A DNA stretch of 64,000 bases from Nitrospirota bacterium. Its GTDB lineage: Bacteria; Nitrospirota; UBA9217. Shown here one piece after another: positions 46,649 through 56,181 of the stretch. Within the stretch, counting starts at the first letter, position 1; each line of letters begins with the position of its first letter. Both the position numbers and the translations under genes were made by a program. The notes under the pieces were generated by a model. It saw nothing but the letters and a program-made list of their open reading frames with translations, was not told where the DNA came from and ran no database searches. The stretch lies in NCBI GenBank assembly GCA_963751455.1, contig CAVVUN010000002.1:160001-224000 (forward strand). Direction: 5' to 3'.

Positions 46649-47461
46649 GTGATAAACCGCGCATTGTTGGCTGTAATGGTTCTTGTTTTTCCCGGCGTAA
46701 ATGCCTCCGCGTTTAGCGTCCCGGAGACCTTGATGTATGAACTCTCAGTGGGCGGGGTTGCCATAGGGAATCTGTCGCTGGAAGCAAAGGACGCCGGCCC
46801 GAGGATAGAACTCGTGTCGACCATGTCTACTGATTCATGGGTTTCCGTATTTTACCCTGTGGATGACCATGCCGTGAGTTACCTGAAAAAGACGCGTCAA
46901 AAAGATGTTTCAAAAACCTTTCCGTATATTCCCTCCGCATATCAACTGAAGCTGAACGAAGGACCGCACAAGGCGGACATGGATCTCATTTTTGACCAGA
47001 CGAGAAAGACAATTACCTGCTCTGACTTCATCGAGAACGGGAAGACCTCATTCAAAATTAAAGCTTTTACGCTCGATCCGCTTGCGGCCCTTTACTACTT
47101 CAGACGGGTCCCGCTGACGCCCGGAAAGTCGGTTGTCCTGCACGTCATCAACAATAAGGTCATCCGTAAAATCGAAACGGAGTGTGTCAGGCGGGAAACG
47201 ATAAAGACGCCGTTCGGCACATTTAAAACCGTTCTGGTGAGAGCTGACATGCACTTCGACGGCCCCGGCATCATTTATTATCCCGGCGATGTATATATAT
47301 GGCTCACTGATGATGAAAGAAAGTTGCCTATCGTCATTGAAAAGAAGCTTACTGCTCTTGCTGAGGGGAAATTACCCGACTTTGTGATAGAGAAAATGCC
47401 GGCTTATCTGAAGGAAAAATTGTCCGCCGGTTCGATAAAGGCGACGCTTATTGCGCAGTAG
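46649..47461 (+). CDS. DUF3108-like secreted protein
   Basis: Signal peptide; ETLMYELS.GG..IG, LDPLAALY, ETIKTPFGTF, IWLTDDERKLP. Confidence 0.8.
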   Translation: MINRALLAVMVLVFPGVNASAFSVPETLMYELSVGGVAIGNLSLEAKDAGPRIELVSTMSTDSWVSVFYPVDDHAVSYLKKTRQKDVSKTFPYIPSAYQLKLNEGPHKADMDLIFDQTRKTITCSDFIENGKTSFKIKAFTLDPLAALYYFRRVPLTPGKSVVLHVINNKVIRKIETECVRRETIKTPFGTFKTVLVRADMHFDGPGIIYYPGDVYIWLTDDERKLPIVIEKKLTALAEGKLPDFVIEKMPAYLKEKLSAGSIKATLIAQ

Positions 47462-47531
47462 CAGACGTAGTTGAGACGTTGAGTCGTTGAGTGGTTGTTA
47501 CGCCGCTTACTACATGTATGGAGGTAAAGTA

Positions 47532-49763
47532 ATGGAAACGGAATTTTTGCCGGCGAATAAAACACCGGGTCTTCATGCAAGGCCGTTTGTTCACCTGCTT
47601 ATCATCATAGCATTAGGTTTTCTTGCTTACTCCAATACGTTCCACGGCCCGATTCAGTGGGACGGGGTGCCGTACATTATCGAAAATCCGGTCATGAAGG
47701 ACGTTGGAAACTTCATTTCGAGCACTCAGGGGTATAATTTCAACCCGCGCCGCTTCATCGGCAATTTAACGTTTGCCCTCAATTACAGCTTCGGAGGGGA
47801 GAGTGCAACCGGCTATCACATTGTAAATTTCATTATTCATGTATCCAGCGCACTGCTGGTCTATTTTCTGATCGTCCTGACCTTTCAGACACCGGCAATG
47901 AGTTGCATAGGGCAAAGCGCAGAGAGCAGAGCGAGAGAAGATACGCCATGCGCCATGCGCTATGCGCCAAGCGCTAATCTTATTGCGCTTTTTTCCGCGC
48001 TCTTGTTCGTTGCTCATCCGCTCCAGACCCAGGCAGTCACTTACATCTATCAAAGGTATACTTCACTGGCGACGCTGTTTTATCTTCTCTGTCTTGTCCT
48101 GTACATCAAGGGAAGGGTCGTAAGTCAGAGGTCCGAAGTAGGAAGTCAGAAGTCGGAAGGTCAGGGCAAGGAAGCAGACGCAAAATTAAGCCTGGCACCT
48201 GTCATCCTGTATGTGTTGGCCGTGCTTTCCGCGGTCCTTGCCATGAAGACGAAAGAAATAGCATTCACTCTTCCTTTGGTCGTGTCCCTGTATGAGTTCA
48301 CGTTTTTCAAGGTATCGCTCCGCAAGAAACTGCTGGTTCTGGTGCCGATAGTGCTCACGCTTATCGTCGTTCCGCTCAGTGTTTTGCAAAGCGACCAAAC
48401 CGTCGGAGAGCTGCTGGCAGATGTCGATTCAAAAACCAGACTCCAGACCGATATGCCGCGCTGGGACTATGTGATGACCGAACTGCGCGTGATTGTAACG
48501 TACATACGGCTCTTGGTCTTTCCGATAAGCCAGAACGCTGATTATGATTATCCGCTCTATCATTCTCTTTTGACGCTTCCCGTTTTTTTATCGTTTTTAT
48601 TTCTCCTTTCGCTGTTCGGATCAGGGATTTATCTGTTGTATGCATCGCGGAGTGGGAAAGTGACGCCGTTCGCGCAGGCGCCTTTTCTGCGCCTTATCGG
48701 TTTCGGCATTATCTGGTTTTTCGTAACGCTGTCGGTCGAGTCAAGCTTCATTCCCATCTCAGACGTGATATTCGAGCACAGGGTTTATCTGCCATCAATC
48801 GGTTTTTTTGTCGTGGCCACGACGGGTCTGCTGATGGCGGCGGAGAGGTTCACTGCGCACAAGATTGTCATACCGGCGTTGTGCCTTGTCATAGCTGCGT
48901 TGTCGTTTGCGACCTATTCTCGAAACAGCACCTGGACGGATATGACAAGGCTATGGTCGGATACGGTCAAAAAGAGTCCCTCGAAAACAAGAGCCCGTTA
49001 TAACCTTGCTCAGGCCTATTACGATCAGGGACGAATGGCCGAAGCGCTCAGGGAATATCAGATTGCGGTCGATGTTCATCTGGATGATCCCGAAGCACGT
49101 TATAATTTGGGGACTGCTTATTTGAAACAGCAGCACAACGAAGAGGCTATTCAAGAATTTCAAAAAGCGCTCGCGCTCAAACCCGACTATGCCCATGCCC
49201 GTAATAATCTGGGGACTGCCTACCTGGACATGGGAAGGATCAATGATGCGGTCAGGGAATTCAAAGCCGCGATTGATACCATGCCTGATTACGCGGACGC
49301 ACATTTTAATCTGGGATCAGCGTATTTTGAGGACGGCCGACTTGACGAAGCTCTAAACGAACTCCGGTCAGCTGCAGCACTGGCACCCTATAACCCGGAG
49401 ACGCTCAGCATGCTGGGGAACGTCTATTGGGGCATGGAACGTCTTGAAGATGCTGTGCGGGAATTTCGGGCGGGATTGAAGCTTGACCCTGGGGTTGTGG
49501 ATATGCGCTTTAATCTGGGGATCGTTTATATGCTTCAAGAAAGAATCGATGAGGCGGTCCAGGAATTTGAAACCGTTGCCCGCTTCAGCCCTGACAACCC
49601 TGCTCTCTATAATAATCTCGGAGCTGCTTATTTCAAGCAGGGGAGGATAGATGACGCAATCCGTACACTCCAAAGAGCGGCTGATCTTAACCCTGATGAT
49701 GCGGAGATCCGTCGAAATCTTGACGGCCTGGTAAAGGCAGTGGGAATGAAGAAAGAGAGATGA
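47532..49763 (+). CDS. TMTC-like multi-TM (GT-C-type) protein with C-terminal TPRs
   Basis: YSNTF, YHIVNFIIH, HPLQTQAVTYIYQR, KTKE, FEHRVYLPS, about 8 TPRs. Confidence 0.88.
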   Translation: METEFLPANKTPGLHARPFVHLLIIIALGFLAYSNTFHGPIQWDGVPYIIENPVMKDVGNFISSTQGYNFNPRRFIGNLTFALNYSFGGESATGYHIVNFIIHVSSALLVYFLIVLTFQTPAMSCIGQSAESRAREDTPCAMRYAPSANLIALFSALLFVAHPLQTQAVTYIYQRYTSLATLFYLLCLVLYIKGRVVSQRSEVGSQKSEGQGKEADAKLSLAPVILYVLAVLSAVLAMKTKEIAFTLPLVVSLYEFTFFKVSLRKKLLVLVPIVLTLIVVPLSVLQSDQTVGELLADVDSKTRLQTDMPRWDYVMTELRVIVTYIRLLVFPISQNADYDYPLYHSLLTLPVFLSFLFLLSLFGSGIYLLYASRSGKVTPFAQAPFLRLIGFGIIWFFVTLSVESSFIPISDVIFEHRVYLPSIGFFVVATTGLLMAAERFTAHKIVIPALCLVIAALSFATYSRNSTWTDMTRLWSDTVKKSPSKTRARYNLAQAYYDQGRMAEALREYQIAVDVHLDDPEARYNLGTAYLKQQHNEEAIQEFQKALALKPDYAHARNNLGTAYLDMGRINDAVREFKAAIDTMPDYADAHFNLGSAYFEDGRLDEALNELRSAAALAPYNPETLSMLGNVYWGMERLEDAVREFRAGLKLDPGVVDMRFNLGIVYMLQERIDEAVQEFETVARFSPDNPALYNNLGAAYFKQGRIDDAIRTLQRAADLNPDDAEIRRNLDGLVKAVGMKKER
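47892..47975 (+). repeat. 84-bp in-frame palindromic heptamer element, copy 1
   Basis: Encodes PAMSCIGQSAESRAREDTPCAMRYAPSA; 81/84 identical to the reverse complement of 51506..51589. Confidence 0.88.
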
Positions 49764-49910
49764 GAGCAAAGGGCGAAGGAGTGCGTCCACTGTCCGAGCG
49801 AATGCGGTGAACGGTCTGCTGATCATCGGTCTGCTTATCCCGCTGATGCTGGTGTAGTGTCTCACAAACGACTGGTGTTATCATAGCGCGGCAGCAGGCC
49901 GCAGTCAAAC

Positions 49911-49978
49911 TTGTAGGGCAAGGCTTTAGCCTTGCTGAAACGCCGGAACAGCAGCAACCCTAAAGGGTCGCCCTACAA
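49911..49978. repeat. GTAG-type REP doublet (REPIN-like) between convergent genes
   Basis: TTGTAGGGCAAGGCTTTAGCCTTGC...GCAACCCTAAAGGGTCGCCCTACAA. Confidence 0.75.
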
Positions 49979-50077
49979 ATTCATCAGCAAATATTTATGC
50001 GAAGATATCAAGTTTTCGATGAGAATCATCATAACACCGTCCATTTAAGAGACACGACACTGGTTCTCCCGCGATAA

Positions 50078-52021
50078 TCACTGACGCCTGTTTACCTGTT
50101 GTAAACGCTCCGCAATCCTGAAATGTTCTTTAGCCTTCTCCGTTAGCCCCCTGGATTGGTATATCAGGCCGAGATTGTAATGCGCTTCCCTGTAATCCGG
50201 CTTCAATGTGATTGCAGCCTGAAATTGGCTGACGGCCTCCTCGACCCTGCCGGTTATGCCGTAGGATGATCCCAGGTTGTTGTGCGTCAGGGCGTCCTTC
50301 GGTTTCAACGCCAGGGCAGTCCGATATTCGTCAATGGCTTTTTCGATCAGGCCTTTTTCCCCGTAAACAACTCCAAGGTTGTAGTGCGCCTCTGCGTAGT
50401 CCGGCGACAGCCGTACGGCCTTCCGGTACTCGACAACAGCCTCGTCGATCATGCCCCTGTCGTCATAGGCAATGCCGAGATTATTATGTCCTCGAGCCTT
50501 ACCCGGGCTTTTAGCGACGACATCCCGGTACAACGTAACGTGATCCTGCCAAACCATGTTTCTCGTATAGCAGGCAGCTGTCAACGCCAGCACGGCAATT
50601 CCTGCGACAGCCGCTGCCGGGGCGTCGATCCTGGGCCATACCGGCCTCAATCCATCCTTGATCATCAGCCCGATCGTGGCTATGGCCACAAAGGCGCCCA
50701 CCGAGGGCAGGTAAAGCCTGTGCTCGAATACGACGTCCACGATCGGTATGACGCTCGATTCGACCGCGAGGGTGATAAAAAACCAGAATATGCCGAATGC
50801 GGCAATCCGGCAGCGCTGATCGGATGCGGTGACTTCGCCTCCTGCCGGGCCGGCTGCGCGGTTCGCCGCATGATTCGCCCTGCGCAGAAAATACACGCCC
50901 GTGCCGGCGATAGCGCATAAAAAAAGAAAGGAAAAAAAGACCGGAGGGTCGAACAGTGAATGATAGATCGGATAATCATAATCGAGGTTCTGGTCCACGG
51001 GCGCAAACAGCAACCTGATATAGGTCGTAATGACGCGCATCTGCGTCATCAGATAATCCCACCTGGGCAGGTCGGTCTGGAGGCGGGACTTTTCACTCAG
51101 GTCGGACAGTATCTGTCCCAGAGGTTCGTGAGTTCCCATGATGCTGACCGGAATGATTGCGAGCGTCAGCAGGATCGGCAGGGTGAAGATGAATTTTCTT
51201 TTGAACCCGGTCTTGAAAAACATGAATTCATAGAGCCCGATGGTGATCGGCAGCGTAAACGCTATTTCCTTCGTTTTCATTGCGAGCACGGCACTGCAGA
51301 CCGCTAAAACATAAAAGCCGGGGGATGTGAAGCGGGGCCGTGATGACGGCGTGAGCCCTGAGAGCCGCGCCTTGGCGTAAGCCGCCACGGAAAGCAGATA
51401 AAACAATGCGGCGAGCGAGGTGAGCCTCTGATAAATATAGGTAACTGCCTGGGTCTCAATGGGATGGACCGCGAACAGCAGGCCGGAGAAAAAGGCGATG
51501 AGATCAGCGCTTGGCGCAAAGCGCATGGCGCATGGCGTATCTTCTCGCGCTCTGCTCTGTGCGCTTTGCCCTATGCAACTCATTGCCGGCGTTCGAAAGG
51601 TAAGGAGCACCAGTGTGTAAACGAGCAGGGCGTTGATCAGATGGATCGCGAGGTTTACGATATGATATCCTGTTACATCAAAGCCGCCAAAGCGATAATT
51701 GAGGGCAAACGTGAGATACGTGATAAAACGCCGGGAATGATACTCATAGCCCTTTGCGCTCGAGAAAAAATTATCGAGCGAAGTTATGACGGGGTTATCT
51801 TGTATGAAATGTTCGTCATCAAACTGAAAAGGAACATTGAACGTATTGGAGTATGCCGCGAGACCCGCAAAAACGATAACAAGCAGATAAACAGCTTGTC
51901 TGTTGAGACCGGCTCGGATTAACTCCGTGAGTGAAGAGGCGGCTCCATTCTCTGAGGGAGTCAGTTTCCTGCCGGCACTCCCCTCTTTTTTGTTCTGAGA
52001 AAGCATTGTATCAAACCACAA
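50078..52021 (-). CDS. Second TMTC-like multi-TM TPR protein
   Basis: YSNTFNVPFQFDD, HPIETQAVTYIYQR, KTKE, FEHRLYLPS, about 4 TPRs. Start uncertain. Confidence 0.88.
   Translation of the reverse strand: MWFDTMLSQNKKEGSAGRKLTPSENGAASSLTELIRAGLNRQAVYLLVIVFAGLAAYSNTFNVPFQFDDEHFIQDNPVITSLDNFFSSAKGYEYHSRRFITYLTFALNYRFGGFDVTGYHIVNLAIHLINALLVYTLVLLTFRTPAMSCIGQSAQSRAREDTPCAMRFAPSADLIAFFSGLLFAVHPIETQAVTYIYQRLTSLAALFYLLSVAAYAKARLSGLTPSSRPRFTSPGFYVLAVCSAVLAMKTKEIAFTLPITIGLYEFMFFKTGFKRKFIFTLPILLTLAIIPVSIMGTHEPLGQILSDLSEKSRLQTDLPRWDYLMTQMRVITTYIRLLFAPVDQNLDYDYPIYHSLFDPPVFFSFLFLCAIAGTGVYFLRRANHAANRAAGPAGGEVTASDQRCRIAAFGIFWFFITLAVESSVIPIVDVVFEHRLYLPSVGAFVAIATIGLMIKDGLRPVWPRIDAPAAAVAGIAVLALTAACYTRNMVWQDHVTLYRDVVAKSPGKARGHNNLGIAYDDRGMIDEAVVEYRKAVRLSPDYAEAHYNLGVVYGEKGLIEKAIDEYRTALALKPKDALTHNNLGSSYGITGRVEEAVSQFQAAITLKPDYREAHYNLGLIYQSRGLTEKAKEHFRIAERLQQVNRRQ
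51506..51589 (-). repeat. 84-bp in-frame palindromic heptamer element, copy 2
   Basis: Encodes PAMSCIGQSAQSRAREDTPCAMRFAPSA. Confidence 0.88.
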
Positions 52022-52254
52022 TAGTTTCTTTCCTCATTGCGCGGTTTCTGCCTTCGAAGCGACTTATAATAGTAATAATGAGGGGATATTGTCAATATGT
52101 TAATCATGGGACCCTGAGTGGTCGCTGCTTCTAAGAGAGAAAACTGCGCGGTAAACGCCAGCCATGCCTTGTCGTTGCTTTTCGCCCGGATAGACTGTAT
52201 AATAATGAACATCCGGAAAAAAATATATTTATCAGGCAGTCTATAAGGAACTTC

Positions 52255-53731
52255 ATGCTCGAACGTTTGCAGAAAGCTAATATCAGCCGCCGGTGTGACG
52301 TCGCGTCGCGCGGCGGAAGAACTCATTGCCGAAGGCAGGGTGAGGGTAAACGGCAAAGTGGTGACCGAACTCGGCAGCAAGGCCGATGCGGCCCGGGACC
52401 ATATCAAGGTCGACGGCAAACTGATCAATCCTCACCAGCCTCCGACGTACATCATGTTGAACAAACCTGCCGGCTTTGTTACAACCATGTCCGACCCGGA
52501 AAAACGGCCGACCGTTCAGGATCTTCTCAAAGGCGTCAAGGCCCGGGTCTATCCGGTCGGGCGGCTCGACTACAATACCGAAGGCCTCTTGATCCTGACG
52601 AACGACGGCGATTTCGCCCACCTGATCACACATCCGAAGCACGAATTCCCGAAGACCTATCTCGCGAAGGTCAAGGGAGTGCTTGAGGAACGGCAGATCG
52701 AGATGCTCGAAAAGGGTGTGTTCCTCCAGGATGGAAAGACCGCGCCGGCGAAGGTCAGGAAGATCCGCAAGGAGGAAGCGAACTCCTGGGTGGAGATCAC
52801 GATCCACGAGGGACGGAAGCGGCAGGTGCGCCGTATGTTCGACCACGTGGGGCGTTCCGTGATCAAGCTCAAACGGACCAAGACCGGAAGCGTATCGCTC
52901 GGAGATCTTCCTGAAGGAAGATTCCGGCACCTGACTCTTGATGAGGTTAACGCACTGCGTGAAACAGCGATGAAGACCGACGAAAAGGGACAACAGGTCA
53001 GAGTGTATAAGCCTGCGGTCAAGGTACAGAGAACAGTCGAACACGCGGAACCAAGGGCGATGGACGCAGCACGCGAGAGGCCGGAATTCAGAGCTAGCCA
53101 AACCGAGCATAAGGGAACGAGAGCAGGCGCCGGTCCCCGGGCAATGGGCGGCAGGCAATCACAATACGGCGGACAGAGGACCGGTGAGAGCCGCGTGCGG
53201 CGCCCGGGCGTAAGAGTTATGCAGGATACCCGGGAAGGTTTGAGGAAGAACCAGCGTTCGCATGCAGGCGAGGCTGGACGACCAGGACCCGGCTACTCAA
53301 GGCCAAGTGAACGTAAGGATGTCTTTCCTGCCCGGACTGTCAGCCGCGCGAGGCCGGAGGCCGGAAGACCACGTCCGGAGGGAAACCGGGGCGCATGGCC
53401 TGCACGTACAACCAGGCCCGAAGAACGCGGTGTACGGTCGAGAAGCGCGAACTCTCAAGGTGAAAGGGGTTACGGCGCAGCGGCAAAGCCGCCGGCAAGA
53501 AGACCGGCGCCGGGAGCAGGCTCGTGGAAATCAGAAAGCAGAAGCAAGCCCGCGGCACGGTTCAGCAGCAGGGGGCCCCGGGAAGGGACGAGCTTCGAGG
53601 GCCGAAGGCCAAGTTCCGGGCCGCGTCCGAACAAAAGTACTTTTACCGGAGGCAAACGGCCTGCGCGGGGAGCGAGGCCGGATTCCCGGCGCCGCGGGCA
53701 GGGTGCGGGCAAAAGAGGACCACGGCGCTAG
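52255..53731 (+). CDS. rluB: RluB/RsuA-family rRNA pseudouridine synthase with a long Arg/Gly/Pro-rich tail; apparent +1 frameshift at codon 7
   Basis: Removing one A from CAGAAAGCTA restores MLERLQKLISAAGVTSRRAAEE; VGRLDYNTEGLL, EGRKRQVRRM. Confidence 0.85.
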
Positions 53732-53752
53732 AAAACCATCAGTGAGGTAAGC

Positions 53753-54052
53753 GTGAGCGGCCGAAAGTCGGACAATCTCAGGGCACGGGTAATCATCCAC
53801 GGCATTGTCCAGGGCGTTTACTTTCGCGCCAGCACCAGGGAAAAGGCCGTGCAGCTCGGCGTGGGCGGCTGGGTCAAAAATCTTTCGGATGGAAGCGTCG
53901 AGGCCTTGTTCGAAGGCGAGAAAAAAAAGGTCGAGGAAATCGTCGCGTGGTGCTACAAGGGACCGCCGGGCGCAAAGGTAACGAACGTTGATCTTACCTG
54001 GGAAACCTACAAGGGAGAATTCAAGCATTTCGATGTTCGCTATGGTTGGTAG
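53753..54052 (+). CDS. acyP: Acylphosphatase
   Basis: GIVQGVYFR, GWVKNLSDGSVE, GPPGAKV. Confidence 0.93.
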   Translation: MSGRKSDNLRARVIIHGIVQGVYFRASTREKAVQLGVGGWVKNLSDGSVEALFEGEKKKVEEIVAWCYKGPPGAKVTNVDLTWETYKGEFKHFDVRYGW

Positions 54053-54770
54053 ATACTTTTCAGGGTGCCTTATCTCCGCACTGGTTTTTTCCTGCTCGCC
54101 CGCGGAGAAGGAAGCAGAGCACCCGAAGCCGGAACCTGCTGCTCCAATCGTTGTCGTGAAACCCAGACACGAGGTCCTGACCGAAGAACAGAAAACCGAA
54201 CTCCGCCTCCATCCGGACCTGGTTCCAAAGCTTGAAATGTCCGCGGGTTCGCAAGCCGAGCCCTTTTTCATCAGTGTAGTGATGCCGTCCGAGAACCTGA
54301 AGGGTGAAAAGGGATTCGAAAAAGAGAAACTGGCAGGTTTCAGCCTGCGCACGAAAAACGCCGAGGAGCTTATCACTTCGTACCGGGCGGGACTTCGTGT
54401 ACGGGGATACCTGATCTTCAGGAGCCACAAGAGCTATGGAACGCTGCCCGACATTGTCACCGTGGTGAAGGGCAACAATTCATACGACATCCTGAAGATC
54501 CAGGGTACAGAAGCATTAAACTACCATCTCGATACTCCCGATATAATCAAATGGCTCAAGGCTCAGCAGCAACTGGGCTCATTCGTTATTACCGGCGCAG
54601 GCCCCGACTGGCTGGAGGCCAAATTTGTCAAGCAGCCGGCAAACATGCGGGCCTTCGCGAGAAAAGCGTCCGCTTTTGCGCCTGATGTACTCGGGCATGG
54701 GCGAATGACCGCCGACAAACTCGCCGAAAAAATGAAACGGATGAACGGATTCTATCTGGAATGGGAGTAG
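54042..54770 (+). CDS. DUF4253-like lipoprotein
   Basis: LVFSC lipobox; GTEALNY, ITGAGPDWLE, FAPDV, FYLEWE. Confidence 0.75.
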   Translation: MVGRYFSGCLISALVFSCSPAEKEAEHPKPEPAAPIVVVKPRHEVLTEEQKTELRLHPDLVPKLEMSAGSQAEPFFISVVMPSENLKGEKGFEKEKLAGFSLRTKNAEELITSYRAGLRVRGYLIFRSHKSYGTLPDIVTVVKGNNSYDILKIQGTEALNYHLDTPDIIKWLKAQQQLGSFVITGAGPDWLEAKFVKQPANMRAFARKASAFAPDVLGHGRMTADKLAEKMKRMNGFYLEWE

Positions 54771-54883
54771 CCCTGATGTGGACTTCTCTCACCTTTTCTC
54801 TGAGTACTCTGTGGTAAAATATTTTGAATTTGACTTTTTAAGAATCTATCAATGGCTGGTATCAAATTTTAAGAGGCAGGATT

Positions 54884-55582
54884 ATGCTCATTCTCGGCAT
54901 TGAGACCTCAACCAGGACCGGAAGCGTGGCGGTTCTTTCCGAAAAAGGCGTTGTTGCGCAATACAGCCTCAACATAGAAGTGACCCACTCCGAGAGGCTC
55001 ATGTCAACGGTTGACCGTGTGCTCAAGGACACGGGGCATGCAATCCGGGATTTCGACGGCTTTGCGGTTGCGATCGGCCCCGGCTCGTTCACGGGTCTCA
55101 GGATAGGCATTTCCACTGTTAAAGGCCTCGCGCTCGCCACAGAAAAACCGATAGCCGCCGTACCTACCCTTCAGGCACTCGCCTGGAACGTGCCCTATGC
55201 AAAGCACCGTGTCTGTCCTGTGCTGGATGCCCGCAAAAACGAAGTGTACGCAGCGCTTTACAAATGGGAAGGCCGAGCGCTTGTCCAAACCATGCCGGAA
55301 TGCACGATTTCCATAATCGATCTGGCCGCAACCCTGCCGGGAAGCCTGGTGTTTACCGGGGAGGCCTCGCTGCTCTACAGAACAGTCATCGAGGGGCAGT
55401 TCGGAGACCGCGCCTGTTTTGCGCCGGTTTCCGCCATTCTTCCATCAGCGGCCGCTGTCGCCGAGCTCGGCAGGGAAATGATCAAGAGCGGCAAGCATAC
55501 CGAAGCCGCCGCCGTGACCCCTTTGTATATACGACGGCCGGAGGCCGAGGTGGCGTGGGAAAAACGGAAAACATCACAATAG
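54884..55582 (+). CDS. tsaB: tRNA threonylcarbamoyladenosine biosynthesis protein TsaB
   Basis: ILGIETST, HSERLM, GPGSFTGLRIG, DARKNEVY, PLYIR. Confidence 0.95.
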   Translation: MLILGIETSTRTGSVAVLSEKGVVAQYSLNIEVTHSERLMSTVDRVLKDTGHAIRDFDGFAVAIGPGSFTGLRIGISTVKGLALATEKPIAAVPTLQALAWNVPYAKHRVCPVLDARKNEVYAALYKWEGRALVQTMPECTISIIDLAATLPGSLVFTGEASLLYRTVIEGQFGDRACFAPVSAILPSAAAVAELGREMIKSGKHTEAAAVTPLYIRRPEAEVAWEKRKTSQ

Positions 55583-56043
55583 AGCGCATGAGGAAGGAAG
55601 ACGTCGACCAAGTGCTTGCTATCGAACATGCTTCGTTCAGCATGCCGTGGTCGAAAAATCTTTTTCTGTCGGAATTCCGCAGCGCAAGCGTCTCGAATCT
55701 TCTTGTAGCGCTCGTGCCTTCGCATACCAGGGTCGTCGCGGGATACATCGTGTACTGGGTGATTGAGGACGAAATGCATATTCTGAATCTTGCGGTGGCG
55801 CCGTCGCACCGCCGTCACGGTATTGCACGGCAGCTGGTTTACGGCGCGCTCAAGCGGGCGTACGCCAAGGGAGCCCGCCGGGCATTTCTCGAAGTGCGCA
55901 TGTCGAATACAGCGGCAAAAAAACTATACTCGAGTATGGGCTTTACCGGCACCTCAATCCGGCGTGATTATTACGACACTCCGGTCGAGGACGCCATTGT
56001 CATGATTCTCGAGTCAGGGGCCTATAAAACAGTTGTAAAATAA
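55555..56043 (+). CDS. rimI: Ribosomal-protein-alanine N-acetyltransferase
   Basis: IEHASFSMPWS, HILNLAV..RRHGIA, LEVRMSN, RRDYY..EDAIVM; follows tsaB. Confidence 0.92.
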   Translation: MGKTENITIERMRKEDVDQVLAIEHASFSMPWSKNLFLSEFRSASVSNLLVALVPSHTRVVAGYIVYWVIEDEMHILNLAVAPSHRRHGIARQLVYGALKRAYAKGARRAFLEVRMSNTAAKKLYSSMGFTGTSIRRDYYDTPVEDAIVMILESGAYKTVVK

Positions 56044-56181
56044 GAGAAAAAGACTTTTTGGCAAGTATTGCCTTTTTTATTGAAATGTGTTAAAGTTTTC
56101 TTAATAAAAATCCGATTGACGTTACGCCTTTTGACGTTGCGCCTTCTCATTGACTTTAATCCCTAAAGGAGGGGTCGATCT

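Noticed and set aside
52283-54430. Long antisense ORFs (291 aa and 299 aa), and similar shadow ORFs at 3583-4473, 36390-37127 and 61845-62573
   Set aside because: They lie opposite well-supported genes in GC-rich sequence and have no recognisable motifs.
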